Origin: Dehalococcoidia bacterium
GTDB taxonomy: Bacteria; Chloroflexota; Dehalococcoidia; Lucifugimonadales; CATQGZ01
DNA: 64,000 bases
Assembly (NCBI GenBank): GCA_965223945.1
Contig: CBDCXW010000003.1
Location: 30,841-94,840 of the forward strand
Reading direction: 5' to 3'
The position numbers and the translations under genes are program-made. The first letter of the stretch is position 1. Each line of letters begins with the position of its first letter. This document shows, in pieces, positions 49,951 to 60,558 of the stretch. The notes beneath the pieces are model-generated. The model ran no database searches and had not been told where the DNA came from. It worked only from the letters and a program-made list of their open reading frames with translations.

Positions 49951-52335
49951 GTGATGGCGACCAACGTCACCACCGAGATCGAACAGGTCAGCGAACGAGA
50001 CAGGACGCTCCTCGAGGTCCAGGACCGCGTGCTGTGGCTGGCCATGAACATGGTCTACTACGCCAACAACGTGCGTCCGAGCCTGGATAGCGTGAAGGTG
50101 GGAGGCCACCAGGCATCCAGCTCATCGGTCGCTTCGATTCTCACCTCGCTGTACTTCGACTTCATGCGGGCGGGGGACCGGATTTCGATAAAGCCCCACG
50201 CTTCCCCGACCTTCCACGCGATCCAGTACCTGCTCGGAAACCTCGATCCTTCCTACCTGAAGACGCTGCGCGGCTTCCACGGGCTCCAGTCCTACCCCAG
50301 CCGGACGAAGGACCCGGACCCCGTGGACTTCTCCACCGGCTCTGTCGGGATAGGCTCGATCGCACCCAACTTCGCGGCGCTGTCCGACGACTACGCAAGG
50401 TCCCACGGCTACCTGGGCGAGGCCCCCGTGGGACGCTACATCAGCCTGCTCGGCGACGCGGAGCTTGACGAGGGCTCGGTCTGGGAATGTATCGCCGAGC
50501 CGGCGATGGCGGGCCTGTCCAACGTCCTGTGGGTGATCGACCTTAACCGTCAGAGCCTCGACCGGATTATTCCGGGCATCAGGGTGAAGGCCTGGCGGTC
50601 GATGTTCCGCGGGAACGGCTGGAAGGTCGTCGACGCAAAGTACGGAAAGAGGCTTCAGGCGGCCTTCCGGCAGCCCAACGGCGAGCTGCTCCGCACGGCT
50701 ATCGACGACATGTCGAATGAGGTGTACCAGCGCCTGCTTCGCGTCTCGTCCGAGACCCTGCGGGAGTGGCTGCCGCGCACGAGCGCGTTCCCGGAGGACA
50801 TGAAGCGGCTGATAGACCAGTGGGACGACCGGGAGCTTCAGGAGATAATCCGCAACCTGGGAGGGCACGACTTCTCGATGCTCAGGGAGGCGTTCTCTCA
50901 GGTGGATGTCTCCGACGGGCCGTGCGTAGTGTTCGCGTACACGCTGAAGGGATGGATGCTGCCGTCCATCGGCGACCCGCAGAACCACTCGGTGGTCCTG
51001 TCTGAAGAGCAGATGGCGGAGCTGAAGGGACAGTTGGGGGTGGCAGACGGCGATGAGTGGTCGGCGTTCGACCCGGATTCGGCGCCGGGCCGCCTCTGCG
51101 GCGCGACGGCCGAGCGGCTGCGAATGCCGGAGGGGAACGGGGCACAAGCGGCAAGCCTCGAAGTCCCTGCGTCCTTCGACCGCGCGTACCGCGGACAGAT
51201 GTCGACGCAGCAGATGTTCGGACTGGTGCTCACGGACATCGGCAGAAGCCACCCCGATCTGGGGAAGCGGATCGTTACTGTCAGCCCGGACGTAGCAAGC
51301 TCGACGAACCTCGGCGGCTGGATCAACAGGGTAGGGGTGTGGCACCACGAAGAGACGGAGCCGCTGCCCGACGATGAGATCATCCGCGCTCTCAAGTGGG
51401 ACACTTCCCGCCAGGGGCAGCACATCGAGCTCGGCATATCGGAGAACAACCTCTTCATGATGCTCGGCCAGCTCGGCCTCACGCACGAAATGCACGGCGA
51501 GCTGCTGTTCCCGCTCGGCACGGTCTACGACCCGTTCATCCGCCGCGGGCTGGACGCCTTCTTCTACGGCGTCTACTCCGGTTCGCGGTTCATCGTGATT
51601 GGCACGCCTTCGGGCATTACGCTGGGCCCGGAGGGCGGCGCCCACCAGTCGATAGTCACGCCGTCCGTAGGCATAGAGATGCCGGAGCTGGATTTCTACG
51701 AGCCCTGCTTCGGCAGGGAGCTGGAGTGGATCATGCTCTCCGCCATGGAGCAGATCCGGCTCCGGAAGCGGTCGACGTATCTGAGGCTGACAAGCTACCG
51801 GGTGGACCAGGGACTGATGCCTGTGCCCGACGACCCAGACGAACTCGAGAGGCTGCGGTCCCAGGTGCTCGCAGGTGCATACCGGCTCGTGGACAGGAGC
51901 GGCGAGCCCGACTATAGCCCCGGCGAGAACGTCGTCCACGTCATGACGAGCGGTGCGTTAATACCTGAGGTCGTCGACGCGAGCGGCCGGCTGCTGGAAG
52001 AGGGTATCTTCGCCAACGTGATCAACGTGACCGGCCCGGGGCCGTTGTACAGAAAGCACCAGGAGATAGCCAGAGCGTCCGTGAACGACATCGGGGACAT
52101 GTCCGAGTTCATGTCGGACGTTGTGCCTGCGGAGGAGCGGAGCGCGCCGGTCGTGACCGTCGTGGACGGGCACCCGCACTCTCTGGCATGGATCGGCGGC
52201 GCGCTGGGCACCACGACCATCCCTCTGGGGGTGACCGAGTTCGGCCAGTCGGGCTCGCGGCCCGAGCTGTACAAGGAGTACGGAATCGACGCCGACAGCG
52301 TGATCGCAGCCGCCTTCGCCGCGTTGGGCATGTAG
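49951..52335 (+). CDS. Pyruvate dehydrogenase E1-like (AceE-type) TPP enzyme
   Basis: KVGGHQAS, QSYP, STGSVG, GDAELDEG, LGISENN, EGGAHQS. Confidence 0.88.
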   Translation: MMATNVTTEIEQVSERDRTLLEVQDRVLWLAMNMVYYANNVRPSLDSVKVGGHQASSSSVASILTSLYFDFMRAGDRISIKPHASPTFHAIQYLLGNLDPSYLKTLRGFHGLQSYPSRTKDPDPVDFSTGSVGIGSIAPNFAALSDDYARSHGYLGEAPVGRYISLLGDAELDEGSVWECIAEPAMAGLSNVLWVIDLNRQSLDRIIPGIRVKAWRSMFRGNGWKVVDAKYGKRLQAAFRQPNGELLRTAIDDMSNEVYQRLLRVSSETLREWLPRTSAFPEDMKRLIDQWDDRELQEIIRNLGGHDFSMLREAFSQVDVSDGPCVVFAYTLKGWMLPSIGDPQNHSVVLSEEQMAELKGQLGVADGDEWSAFDPDSAPGRLCGATAERLRMPEGNGAQAASLEVPASFDRAYRGQMSTQQMFGLVLTDIGRSHPDLGKRIVTVSPDVASSTNLGGWINRVGVWHHEETEPLPDDEIIRALKWDTSRQGQHIELGISENNLFMMLGQLGLTHEMHGELLFPLGTVYDPFIRRGLDAFFYGVYSGSRFIVIGTPSGITLGPEGGAHQSIVTPSVGIEMPELDFYEPCFGRELEWIMLSAMEQIRLRKRSTYLRLTSYRVDQGLMPVPDDPDELERLRSQVLAGAYRLVDRSGEPDYSPGENVVHVMTSGALIPEVVDASGRLLEEGIFANVINVTGPGPLYRKHQEIARASVNDIGDMSEFMSDVVPAEERSAPVVTVVDGHPHSLAWIGGALGTTTIPLGVTEFGQSGSRPELYKEYGIDADSVIAAAFAALGM

Positions 52336-52430
52336 ACACGTCCGCTCAGTCCCCTCACTCCAGCTCCCGTATCGAGTACGGGGAGGCTCTCTTCCACAAG
52401 GGCAGAGTGGGCCTATGGGAGGCTATATCC

Positions 52431-52868
52431 TTGACCAAGATGCTGGTAGTCCACGGCGCGGGCATGAACATGCGCGGAAAGGCGCAGGTGGAGCGGTTCG
52501 GCCCTCATACCCTCGAAGACTATGACCGCGCGATCACGGAGTACGCCGAAGAGCTCGGCATCGAGGTCGACATATTCCATTCCAACGTCGAGGGCCACGT
52601 TATCGACAGGTTCTACGAGGCGCACGACGGCGACATCGACGCGGCTGTGATCAATCCTGCCGGGTACACCACCGGACATCCGGCTCTGGCTGCCGCCATC
52701 GAGCAGGTCCGGTTCCCAACGATCGAGCTGCACGTTACGAACCCGACCGCACGGGGCCGCGTCTCCGAGATCGCCCCCGCCTGCAAAGGGTTGGTGTTCG
52801 GATTCGGCCTGTTCGGATACTACCTCGCCCTCCGCGGCCTCCTGGACCTGGTCGAAAGCACTCGATAG
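52431..52868 (+). CDS. Type II 3-dehydroquinate dehydratase-like (divergent)
   Basis: HSNVEG, INPAGYT, IELHVTN, GFGLFGY. Confidence 0.8.
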   Translation: MTKMLVVHGAGMNMRGKAQVERFGPHTLEDYDRAITEYAEELGIEVDIFHSNVEGHVIDRFYEAHDGDIDAAVINPAGYTTGHPALAAAIEQVRFPTIELHVTNPTARGRVSEIAPACKGLVFGFGLFGYYLALRGLLDLVESTR

Positions 52869-52886
52869 GGCGGCAGGTCGAGCGCC

Positions 52887-53495
52887 ATGCTCGAATCCGC
52901 AGCCGCCGTTCTGCTTGCCTACCTGATGGGAACGTTCCCTTCGGCGTACGTGGTGGGACGTCTATACGCGGGCCTGGACATCAGGGAGCACGGGAGTAGG
53001 AACCCAGGGGCGCTGAACACGTTCCGACAGGTGGGCGCAAAGGCCGGTCTGGCCGTCCTGGTGGTAGACGGCGGCAAGGGCGCCGCATCCGTGGTCGTGG
53101 CCGAAGCGCTTGGAGCCCACGAATACGCGGTCTACCTGGCGGCGCTGGCGGTCACTCTCGGCCATAACTTCACGCCGATGCTGGGGTTCAGAGGAGGGAA
53201 GGGCGGCGCGGCCGTCTTCGGAATCTCGGCGGCGATGCTGTGGGGCATGACGGCCGTCAGCCTGGGATTCGGACTGGTGGTACTCGCGGCCACTCGTCAG
53301 GTCGTGTGGTCGATCACCGGAGCGTTCGTGGCGCTTAACGTCCTGACAATGGCTACCGGTCAGCCGACCGAGATGATCGCGCTATGCCTGCTGCTCTCGT
53401 TCATCGTAGCCGCAACGCACCTGTACAGGGGCCGTGGGCACCTCCTGCCCGACATTCGTCAGCGCCAATGGCGTAGGTTCATGAGGGCTGAGTAG
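52887..53495 (+). CDS. plsY: Glycerol-3-phosphate acyltransferase
   Basis: DIREHGSRNPGALN, DGGKG, GHNF, FRGGKG. Confidence 0.88.
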   Translation: MLESAAAVLLAYLMGTFPSAYVVGRLYAGLDIREHGSRNPGALNTFRQVGAKAGLAVLVVDGGKGAASVVVAEALGAHEYAVYLAALAVTLGHNFTPMLGFRGGKGGAAVFGISAAMLWGMTAVSLGFGLVVLAATRQVVWSITGAFVALNVLTMATGQPTEMIALCLLLSFIVAATHLYRGRGHLLPDIRQRQWRRFMRAE

Positions 53496-53530
53496 GGGCT
53501 GGTGCTACATCTGACGTCAGCGTGTCTAAG

Positions 53531-54196
53531 CTAAAGACGAGCGCGGCTCCCTAACAGCCGCTTCTTCGCCTTGGTCAAGGTGGTGAGGACGTGGATAAGG
53601 GGGCTCGTCTTCCGAGCGACTATGGTCCCCTGGGCCAGCGCCCGCTTGAAGCCCTCAGGTGTACCGTCGAAGTCGGGCATCTCGACGTACGTCCGCCCCA
53701 GCTCCATCGGTGTATGAGCGTCGCTGACGCCAGAGACCAGCAGGCCGCGCTCCTCCGCGAGCTCTACCGCCTTTCGATTGTCGGCATTCAGGCTGTTCCG
53801 AGAGTTGAAAATCTCGACGATGTCGGCGTACGGCAGGACCTCGTCAATCCCCCGCGGTGTGATGACTGAACTGCGGAAACGGTCGTAGGGGTGCGGGATG
53901 GAGACCAGGCCTCCCTGGGACTTGATCAGCTTGACCGTCTCGAGCGGCGAGAGGCCCCGGGGGACAGCCTCCTCCAGGAAGAGCCCTGTTATCTCGCCGT
54001 CCGACGACCCGACCTCCTCGCCGACGATCACCCTGAACGGCGCGATCCGCATGACCTCTTTGGCGCCCTCGATCGTGTTGTGGTCGGTGACGGCTATACA
54101 GTCGAGCCCGACCTTGACGCAGCGCTTGACCAGAGCTTCGGGGGACATCTCCGAGTCCGGGGAGAAGCGGGTGTGCATGTGCAGGTCAACGCGCAT
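53531..54196 (-). CDS. PHP-domain phosphoesterase
   Basis: DLHMHT, TDHN, PHP, SDAH. Confidence 0.9.
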   Translation of the reverse strand: MRVDLHMHTRFSPDSEMSPEALVKRCVKVGLDCIAVTDHNTIEGAKEVMRIAPFRVIVGEEVGSSDGEITGLFLEEAVPRGLSPLETVKLIKSQGGLVSIPHPYDRFRSSVITPRGIDEVLPYADIVEIFNSRNSLNADNRKAVELAEERGLLVSGVSDAHTPMELGRTYVEMPDFDGTPEGFKRALAQGTIVARKTSPLIHVLTTLTKAKKRLLGSRARL

Positions 54197-54471
54197 CAGG
54201 CGGGAAACCCTGAGGACCGGCGGTCATCGTCTTCCAGCATGCGCATCTGCTCGCCGTAGGCTGTCCGAATGCGAGAGATACGCAGCTCGGCCGTTGCAAG
54301 CATCTCGCTGCAGACGCGCGCCAGCTTCGTCCCCTTCTCGAACAGACGGGTGGCTTCGGAGAGAGTAAGGCCACCCGCCTCCAGGGCCTTGACGGTCTTG
54401 TCGAGGTCAGCTAGCGCCTGCTCGAAGGTCAGCTCACCTTCGGGTTGCTGGGATGTACCGTCAGTAGTCAT
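54196..54471 (-). CDS. xseB: Exodeoxyribonuclease VII small subunit
   Basis: TFEQAL..LEAG.L.L..FEKG..L..C..L..AE. Confidence 0.9.
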   Translation of the reverse strand: MTTDGTSQQPEGELTFEQALADLDKTVKALEAGGLTLSEATRLFEKGTKLARVCSEMLATAELRISRIRTAYGEQMRMLEDDDRRSSGFPA

Positions 54472-54600
54472 GCACCATGGAGTCTAGCACACGCCGTGCC
54501 TTCGGTTGCGGCATCGAGCGCGGTTGACGCAGGCCTGCGGCGTACATACACTTTCTGGCGGAGAGGGCAGGGAAGTGCCTCCCATTATGGAGGTTAGAAG

Positions 54601-55056
54601 ATGCGGTTAGCCGTGGGCGCAGACCACAACGGTTACGCGCTCAAGAAGACGATGGCCGATTTGCTAAGGTCACTGGGACATGATGTGGTGGACGTGGGCG
54701 CCCATAATATGGACCCAAGCGACGACTACCCGGACTTCGCCGGGGCCCTTGCCCTGACGGTGGCGTCGGGCGAGGCGGAGCGGGGAGTCATGGTCTGCGG
54801 CAGCGGCGTCGGGGCGTCCGTGGCCGCAAACAAGGTCCGCGGAGTCCGGGCGGCGGTCTGTCATGATACCTACTCAGCCCACCAGGGCGTCGAGCATGAC
54901 GACATGAACGTGCTCTGCCTCGGAGCGCGAATCGTCGGTGAAGAGGTGGCGAGAGAGGCGGTGCAGGCGTTCGTTTCAGCCACGTTCAGCGGCGAGGAGC
55001 GCCACAGGCGGCGCCTCGAAAAGGTGCTGGCGATAGAGGCGAAGCAGGGGAGTTAG
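54601..55056 (+). CDS. rpiB: Ribose-5-phosphate isomerase B
   Basis: ADHNG, DDYPD, CGSGVG, ANKVRG, RHRRR. Confidence 0.93.
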   Translation: MRLAVGADHNGYALKKTMADLLRSLGHDVVDVGAHNMDPSDDYPDFAGALALTVASGEAERGVMVCGSGVGASVAANKVRGVRAAVCHDTYSAHQGVEHDDMNVLCLGARIVGEEVAREAVQAFVSATFSGEERHRRRLEKVLAIEAKQGS

Positions 55057-55556
55057 CCCGGCCTCCACTCGGCGCCGAAGAGGCAGACCACGGGCCTCTG
55101 GGTTTCTTCCGCCCGCTCAAAGCAGAGCGATATCCTGTCGACGTCCTCGTCCGTCTCCACCAGGTAGTACTCCAGCCCCCAGGCGTTAATAATCGGCTCC
55201 GTGAAGCGCGCGGCCGAATCGGGCGTCACGCCATGTCTGGTATATCCTCGGTAGCCGACCATTAGCACGACGGGAAGCGAGGAGTCAACCGCAAGGGACC
55301 GCACTGAGTCGCCCGATTCGAAGAGCCCTGTGTTCTGGATCAAGACGACGGGCTTCTTGCCGCCGACCCACAGGCCCAGGGCCACTCCGATGCTCTCGCC
55401 CTCGCGCGCCACCTGCACGAGGTGGAGCGACGGGTCGGCCATCATCTCCTCGTACAGGAAGCTGGTCTCGCTGTCCGGAAGCCAGACGACGTGGGTCACT
55501 CCATTTTCGTGGAGCTTGTCGAGAATCGCTCGCGGGTCAAGCTCAAGTTCGGGCAT
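55053..55556 (-). CDS. TPP decarboxylase alpha subunit (ComD-like)
   Basis: LPDS, AREGE, IQNTG, GYRG. Confidence 0.8.
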   Translation of the reverse strand: MPELELDPRAILDKLHENGVTHVVWLPDSETSFLYEEMMADPSLHLVQVAREGESIGVALGLWVGGKKPVVLIQNTGLFESGDSVRSLAVDSSLPVVLMVGYRGYTRHGVTPDSAARFTEPIINAWGLEYYLVETDEDVDRISLCFERAEETQRPVVCLFGAEWRPG

Positions 55557-55743
55557 GGCAGTCCTCTCAGTATTCGGGGCGGCCTCATTATATGTAGGGG
55601 CCAGCGAAACGGCAACGAGCGCGGCATGCGGGATGGCGTGCCGAACGGAGACACTGCCGCGAGTTGGAGGTGGAGGCCGGTTCGGTTACAATGTCGGTAC
55701 CGCGCGAGTACACCGTCCAGCCTGCTAGGGTGGCCTATCGTCG

Positions 55744-56442
55744 ATGAGCATTCGACAGCTGTACGAGCTCCAACTGGTTGACTCGGACATTGACGTTCGC
55801 GAGCAGTCGCTGGCCGAGGTGCGGCGCCAGCTTACCGACGACGCCGAGTTGGTGGCGGTCAGGAGGCGCCTCTCCGAGCTAAGCCAGCGTCTGGAAGAAC
55901 AGGCCCCCGCGCGGAGGCCCGTCGAGCTCCGCATTCGCGACATCGAAGATAGGCTGAAGACCGTAGATGCGCGGCTGTACGGAGGCTCCATCACCAATCA
56001 ACGCGAGCTGGAAGCCCAGCAGGAGCAGCAGCACTATCTTCGGGAGCAGCACACGGCCGAGGAAGACCAGCTCCTCGAGATGATGGTGGCATCCGAAGAG
56101 ACCCAGAACGAGCTGGAGGCGGCCGCGAGTCTGGCCGCGGAGATAGAGACGGGACGAAAGCAGGCCCAGCCGGAGCTTACCGCATCTGAGGAGGCCCTGA
56201 GCATGGAGCTGCGCGAGTTGGAAGCGGAGCGAAAGGAGGTCGCGGCACTGATCTCCCCATCCGATCTGGCATTGTACGACTCGCTACGCAAGAGCAGGGG
56301 CGGCCAGGCCGTCGCCAGGGTCGAGAGAGGAATGTGCCAGGGATGCCGCCTCTCTCTGCCCAGCACCGACGTCCAGCGGGCCAAGACATCGACGGGGCGG
56401 GTCCGGTGCAACAGCTGCCAGCGGATACTCTTCGTCCAGTGA
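55744..56442 (+). CDS. Coiled-coil protein with C4 zinc ribbon (DUF164-like)
   Basis: LQLVD..long coiled coil..CQGC..CNSCQRIL. Confidence 0.9.
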   Translation: MSIRQLYELQLVDSDIDVREQSLAEVRRQLTDDAELVAVRRRLSELSQRLEEQAPARRPVELRIRDIEDRLKTVDARLYGGSITNQRELEAQQEQQHYLREQHTAEEDQLLEMMVASEETQNELEAAASLAAEIETGRKQAQPELTASEEALSMELRELEAERKEVAALISPSDLALYDSLRKSRGGQAVARVERGMCQGCRLSLPSTDVQRAKTSTGRVRCNSCQRILFVQ

Positions 56443-56485
56443 ACTCACGGTGCCGGGCGGCCCGGGCCGCGCGTTCTCGCAGGCG

Positions 56486-57820
56486 ATGCTTGCCCTAGGC
56501 TACTACCGGCTCCGGGAGCCTGGCGTTCCTGTGGAGCGGCTCCAGGAGACCTTCTCGGAGTACTGCGACCTCTACCTGCATCAGCCCATCGACATGTTCG
56601 TCGACGTTGGGGACGGGCCGCCCTATCCGGAATACGCCCGGATGGTGAAGTACATGGAGGACTCGCCCAGTGACTTCCTGATAGTCGTGCCAGGCGCAGA
56701 GCACCTCGGCACCGACCTAGAGTCTGTCGCGCGCTCAGTGCTCAAGCTCGAAGGCGTGGGCGCAAAGGTAAGCTGCGCCGACGAGGACCTCCCGGACCCG
56801 CTCCAGAACGCGCTGGCGACCATCGGAGTCGAGAACGTCTCGCGAGACCGCAGCGACCGGATCAGAGACTCGATGCGCCGGCTTGCCATCGAAGGGCGCA
56901 CCCTCGGCCGCCCACCCTACGGGTACCGGAGCGGGCCGGACGGCGTGCTGGAAGTCCATCCAGAAGAGGCGGAGGTCGTAAGGCTGGCTTACAGGCTGTA
57001 TACGGATGACTGCCGAGGCCTCCGGCTCATCGCCGGCGACCTCAACGAGCGCGGCCTCACGACCCGCAGGGGTGGCAGGTGGAACGTCGCGACTCTGAGG
57101 GACATGCTGAGGAATCCCGCGTACGTCGGCACCTATACCAGGTTCGGCCTGCGAGTGCCGAAGAGCCACAAGGCGATAGTCGCGCCCGAGACGTTCCGTG
57201 CCGCCCAGGATGTCTTCAGGGCGCGGAGGCGCCGTGTCAGCGCTCCGGCGTCCGAGCCTTTCCTGCTATCGGGGATAGCCTACTGCGCAGAGTGTGGGAA
57301 TAAGATGATCGGCGTGACCCGCAGGCAGACGTGGAGACGGAAGGACCGCAGCCGACACAACCGAATTTACAGGTACTACCAGTGCCAGTCCCGTAATAAC
57401 CTCAGCGTCTGCCGGTACCACACTTGGCGAGCGGAGGCGCTGGAGGAGCGCACGCTGCGAATGCTCGAAGAGCTCCTGAGCGGCGAGGCGCCGGAGGACG
57501 CCGACCGCCGACGCTCCGAACGCGAGGGAAGACTCCGGGAGGCATCGGGGCAGCGGCTCACCAACGCCAGGCGTCGGTTCCTGCGTGCACTGCGAAGGGT
57601 CGCCACTGGGGAGGCCCCGACAAGGGACCTAACCGTCCACCTGGACGAGCTTGAGGCTCTGAGGCGCGCCGTCGACCCAGACCCCGACTCGCCGCCAGCG
57701 AATGCACGACTTACCCTTGGTAAATGGGAATCTCTCGACATCTCGGACAGACAGAACTTTCTGAGACTGCAGATCGACCGGATAGTAGTCGGGGACGATG
57801 CGGTGGAGCTGGTGGCCTGA
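56486..57820 (+). CDS. Large serine recombinase-like protein lacking the canonical catalytic Ser
   Basis: GRPPYGY, LRNPAYVG, LLSGIAYCAECG, YYQC; N-terminus YYRLRE instead of YxRVS. Confidence 0.85.
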   Translation: MLALGYYRLREPGVPVERLQETFSEYCDLYLHQPIDMFVDVGDGPPYPEYARMVKYMEDSPSDFLIVVPGAEHLGTDLESVARSVLKLEGVGAKVSCADEDLPDPLQNALATIGVENVSRDRSDRIRDSMRRLAIEGRTLGRPPYGYRSGPDGVLEVHPEEAEVVRLAYRLYTDDCRGLRLIAGDLNERGLTTRRGGRWNVATLRDMLRNPAYVGTYTRFGLRVPKSHKAIVAPETFRAAQDVFRARRRRVSAPASEPFLLSGIAYCAECGNKMIGVTRRQTWRRKDRSRHNRIYRYYQCQSRNNLSVCRYHTWRAEALEERTLRMLEELLSGEAPEDADRRRSEREGRLREASGQRLTNARRRFLRALRRVATGEAPTRDLTVHLDELEALRRAVDPDPDSPPANARLTLGKWESLDISDRQNFLRLQIDRIVVGDDAVELVA

Positions 57821-57859
57821 GGGTGACTGCCCCGGCTCTTCGGTGCTAGAATCGAATTA

Positions 57860-58257
57860 GGGCCCGAGGTTGCCGGGCGGCCGCCCCGACTCGTCGGGGA
57901 GGAAAGTCCGAGCTCCCCCCAGGCAGGATGCCCGCTAACGGCGGGGCGGGGTGACCCGACGGAAAGTGCCACAGAAACATACCGCCCTTCCATTTCGGGA
58001 GGGTAAGGGTGCAAAGGCGGGGTAAGAGCCCACCGCTCCGGTGGTGACATCGGAGGCCAGGCAAACCCCATCCGGAGCAAGGCCTAATAGCGGGACCATG
58101 GGCGCCTGGGCCCGTCCCCGGGTTGGCCGCACGACCCTTCCGGCAACGGGAGGGCTAGATAGATGGCCGCCGCCGGCCGGTTATCGGGACGAAGCCCAAC
58201 AGGTGTAAACCGTTGCCCGGTCCGGTACAGAACTCGGCTTACAGGCTGCCTCGGGCT
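57860..58257 (+). ncRNA. rnpB: RNase P RNA
   Basis: GAGGAAAGTCC, AGTGCCACAGAAA, GGTAAGAGC, GGAGCAA, ACAGAACTCGGCTTA; P1 pairing; TAGAAT upstream. Confidence 0.97.
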
Positions 58258-58281
58258 CTTCGCTTCTCCCGCACGCTCCCC

Positions 58282-58321
58282 GTTAACACTCCTCTAAACA
58301 GGCGTTAACAGCCTGTTAATC
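58282..58321 (+). promoter_or_regulatory. Pho-box-like direct repeats upstream of pstS
   Basis: TTAACA/TAAACA/TTAACA/TTAATC at about 11-bp spacing. Confidence 0.7.
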
Positions 58322-58389
58322 CTCTGCCGCGTCCCTTTGATCTAATCTGGAGGCAACACAGAACTCAAAGGAGGTAAGGTCTCAGAGTT

Positions 58390-59331
58390 ATGAACTCATC
58401 GCGTAGGAAACTCCGCACATGGTATACGGCGCCACTGATACTGGGTCTGCTTTCTGCCTTCGCGATCGCAGCCTGCGGCGACGACGAAGAGACGATTGAG
58501 ATCGACGGCTCGAGCACCGTCTTCCCGGTCTCCGAGGCAGTCGCTGAAGAGTTCGGTAAGATTAACTCCAGCGTCCGCGTCAACGTGGGCGTCTCCGGCA
58601 CTGGCGGCGGCTTCAAGAGGTTCACCGCCGGAGATACCGACATCTCGGACGCCTCCCGGCCGATCAAGGACTCGGAAGCTACCTTAGCCACGGAGAACGG
58701 CGTCCAGTACATGGAGCTCAAGGTCGGGACGGACGGACTCTCCGTTATGGTCAACCCCCAGAACGACTGGGCAGAGTGCCTCACGGTAGAAGAGCTCAAG
58801 AAGATCTGGGAGCCGGGGTCCACCATCTCGAACTGGAACCAGGTTAGGTCGGACTTCCCCGACAGGCCCTTGAGGCTATACGGCGCCGACACCGACTCCG
58901 GCACGTTCGACTACTTCACCGAAGAGATCATGGGTGAGAGCGGACTGAGCCGCTCGGATTACACGGCGAGCGCGGACGACAACGTGCTGGTGCAGGGCAT
59001 CTCCGGCGACCGGAACGCCCTCGGGTACTTCGGCTACGCATACTACGCCGAGAACGAGGACAAGCTGAAGCTGGTGGCGGTCGACAATGGCGAAGGGTGC
59101 GTGGCTCCGACGGCGGAGACCATCGAGGACGGGTCGTACGCCCCGCTGTCGCGGCCGCTGTTCATCTACGTATCGACCAAGAGCCTTGAGCGGCCCGTGG
59201 TAAAGGCATTCGTGGAGTTCTACATGGAGCACGGCCGCGACCTCGTCCGTGAAGTTGGCTACGTTCCCCTCCCACCGGACGCCTATTTGAACGCTCTGAC
59301 AGAGGTCAAGGGCTTCAAGTCCGGCAGTTAG
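58390..59331 (+). CDS. pstS: Phosphate-binding lipoprotein
   Basis: Lipobox [39 protein letters not shown]. Confidence 0.93.
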   Translation: MNSSRRKLRTWYTAPLILGLLSAFAIAACGDDEETIEIDGSSTVFPVSEAVAEEFGKINSSVRVNVGVSGTGGGFKRFTAGDTDISDASRPIKDSEATLATENGVQYMELKVGTDGLSVMVNPQNDWAECLTVEELKKIWEPGSTISNWNQVRSDFPDRPLRLYGADTDSGTFDYFTEEIMGESGLSRSDYTASADDNVLVQGISGDRNALGYFGYAYYAENEDKLKLVAVDNGEGCVAPTAETIEDGSYAPLSRPLFIYVSTKSLERPVVKAFVEFYMEHGRDLVREVGYVPLPPDAYLNALTEVKGFKSGS

Positions 59332-59447
59332 GCCCGGCAGCAGACGGCGGTGTTGCACCTCCATCGCCCGTCTGCGCCGGCCTTTCTCTCATGTCGGGAG
59401 CGGCAGCTTGCGTGCGCATGCAGGCCGCCGCTCCCGACGAGAACGAG

Positions 59448-60131
59448 ATGAGCATCCCCCGTCTGCTGACACGGAGCGCTGCCGAGGCCGTCGGGACCTT
59501 CGTCCTGGTCTTCGCAGCAGCCGGGTCCGTAATGGTCACGGAGCTCTCCAACAATCAGGTTTCCTCGCTTGTGCCCTCTTTCGGCTCAGGGCTGGTCGTA
59601 GCGGCGATGGTCTACGTCTTCGGCCCAATCTCGGGCGCACACATCAATCCGGCAGTTACCCTGGCCCTCGCCCTGAGCAAGCACATGCCCTGGCGCCACA
59701 CGCCCGCTTACTGGGCCGCCCAGATCGCGGGCGCATCGGCCGCGGCGGGCACACTGCGGCTGATGCTTGGAAACGCAGCCGGACTGGGCGGTCACTCGCC
59801 GTCGGGCGGCAACTTGGAGTCACTGTCGATGGAGATTGTCCTAACCTTTATCCTTCTCCTGGTGATCAGCGCGGTCGTTGCGAATCCCAGCAGGCTCGGC
59901 AGTGTGTCGGGCGTGATTATCGGAGGGACGGTCTTCCTGGGCACGATGCTGGGGGAGTCGGTATCCGGGGGCTCGATGAATCCCGCCCGCTCCTTCGGCC
60001 CCGCTCTCGTTGGATGGACGTGGACGCACCATTGGCTGTATTGGGTCGGGCCCATCATCGGAGCGGCCGCAGGAGCGGTCTTCTACCATCGGCTTCATGC
60101 CGCCCACTCTGAAGAAGGAGACACGCGATGA
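59448..60131 (+). CDS. MIP family channel (aquaporin/aquaglyceroporin)
   Basis: SGAHINPAVT, SMNPARSFGP. Confidence 0.93.
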   Translation: MSIPRLLTRSAAEAVGTFVLVFAAAGSVMVTELSNNQVSSLVPSFGSGLVVAAMVYVFGPISGAHINPAVTLALALSKHMPWRHTPAYWAAQIAGASAAAGTLRLMLGNAAGLGGHSPSGGNLESLSMEIVLTFILLLVISAVVANPSRLGSVSGVIIGGTVFLGTMLGESVSGGSMNPARSFGPALVGWTWTHHWLYWVGPIIGAAAGAVFYHRLHAAHSEEGDTR

Positions 60132-60545
60132 ACCGGGTGCTGTTCGTGTGCGTGCACAACTCGGGCAGGAGCCAGATGGCTGAGGCGCTCTTCAACCGGA
60201 TTGCGAGAGAGAGGTCTCGAGGCGCACGCCGAATCCGCGGGCACCGATCCGGCGGAGGGTGTCAACCCGAGGGTGGCGCAGATCCTGTCGGAGATCGGGA
60301 TTGACATTTCGGAGTCGAAGCCAAGTAGGCTCACGGACGACATGGTCGCGAGGTCCGGCGAGGTAACCACCATGGGCTGCGCCATGGACTCCGGGCAGTG
60401 CCCGTCGATCCGGCTGGAAAAGGTCGTGGACTGGCAGCTGCAGGACCCAAGTTTGATGGACATCGACGACATCAGGAAAATGCGTGAGACGGTACGCCAG
60501 AAGGTGGAGTCGTTATTGGACGACATCAATCCTAAACAGGAATAA
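60128..60545 (+). pseudogene. arsC: LMW-PTP-type arsenate reductase, frameshifted in an AG run
   Basis: VLFVCVHNSGRSQMAE, then a frame change at 60205-60213 to SAGT..TMGC..CP..DW..DP. Confidence 0.85.
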
Positions 60546-60558
60546 AGGGAAGATCCAC

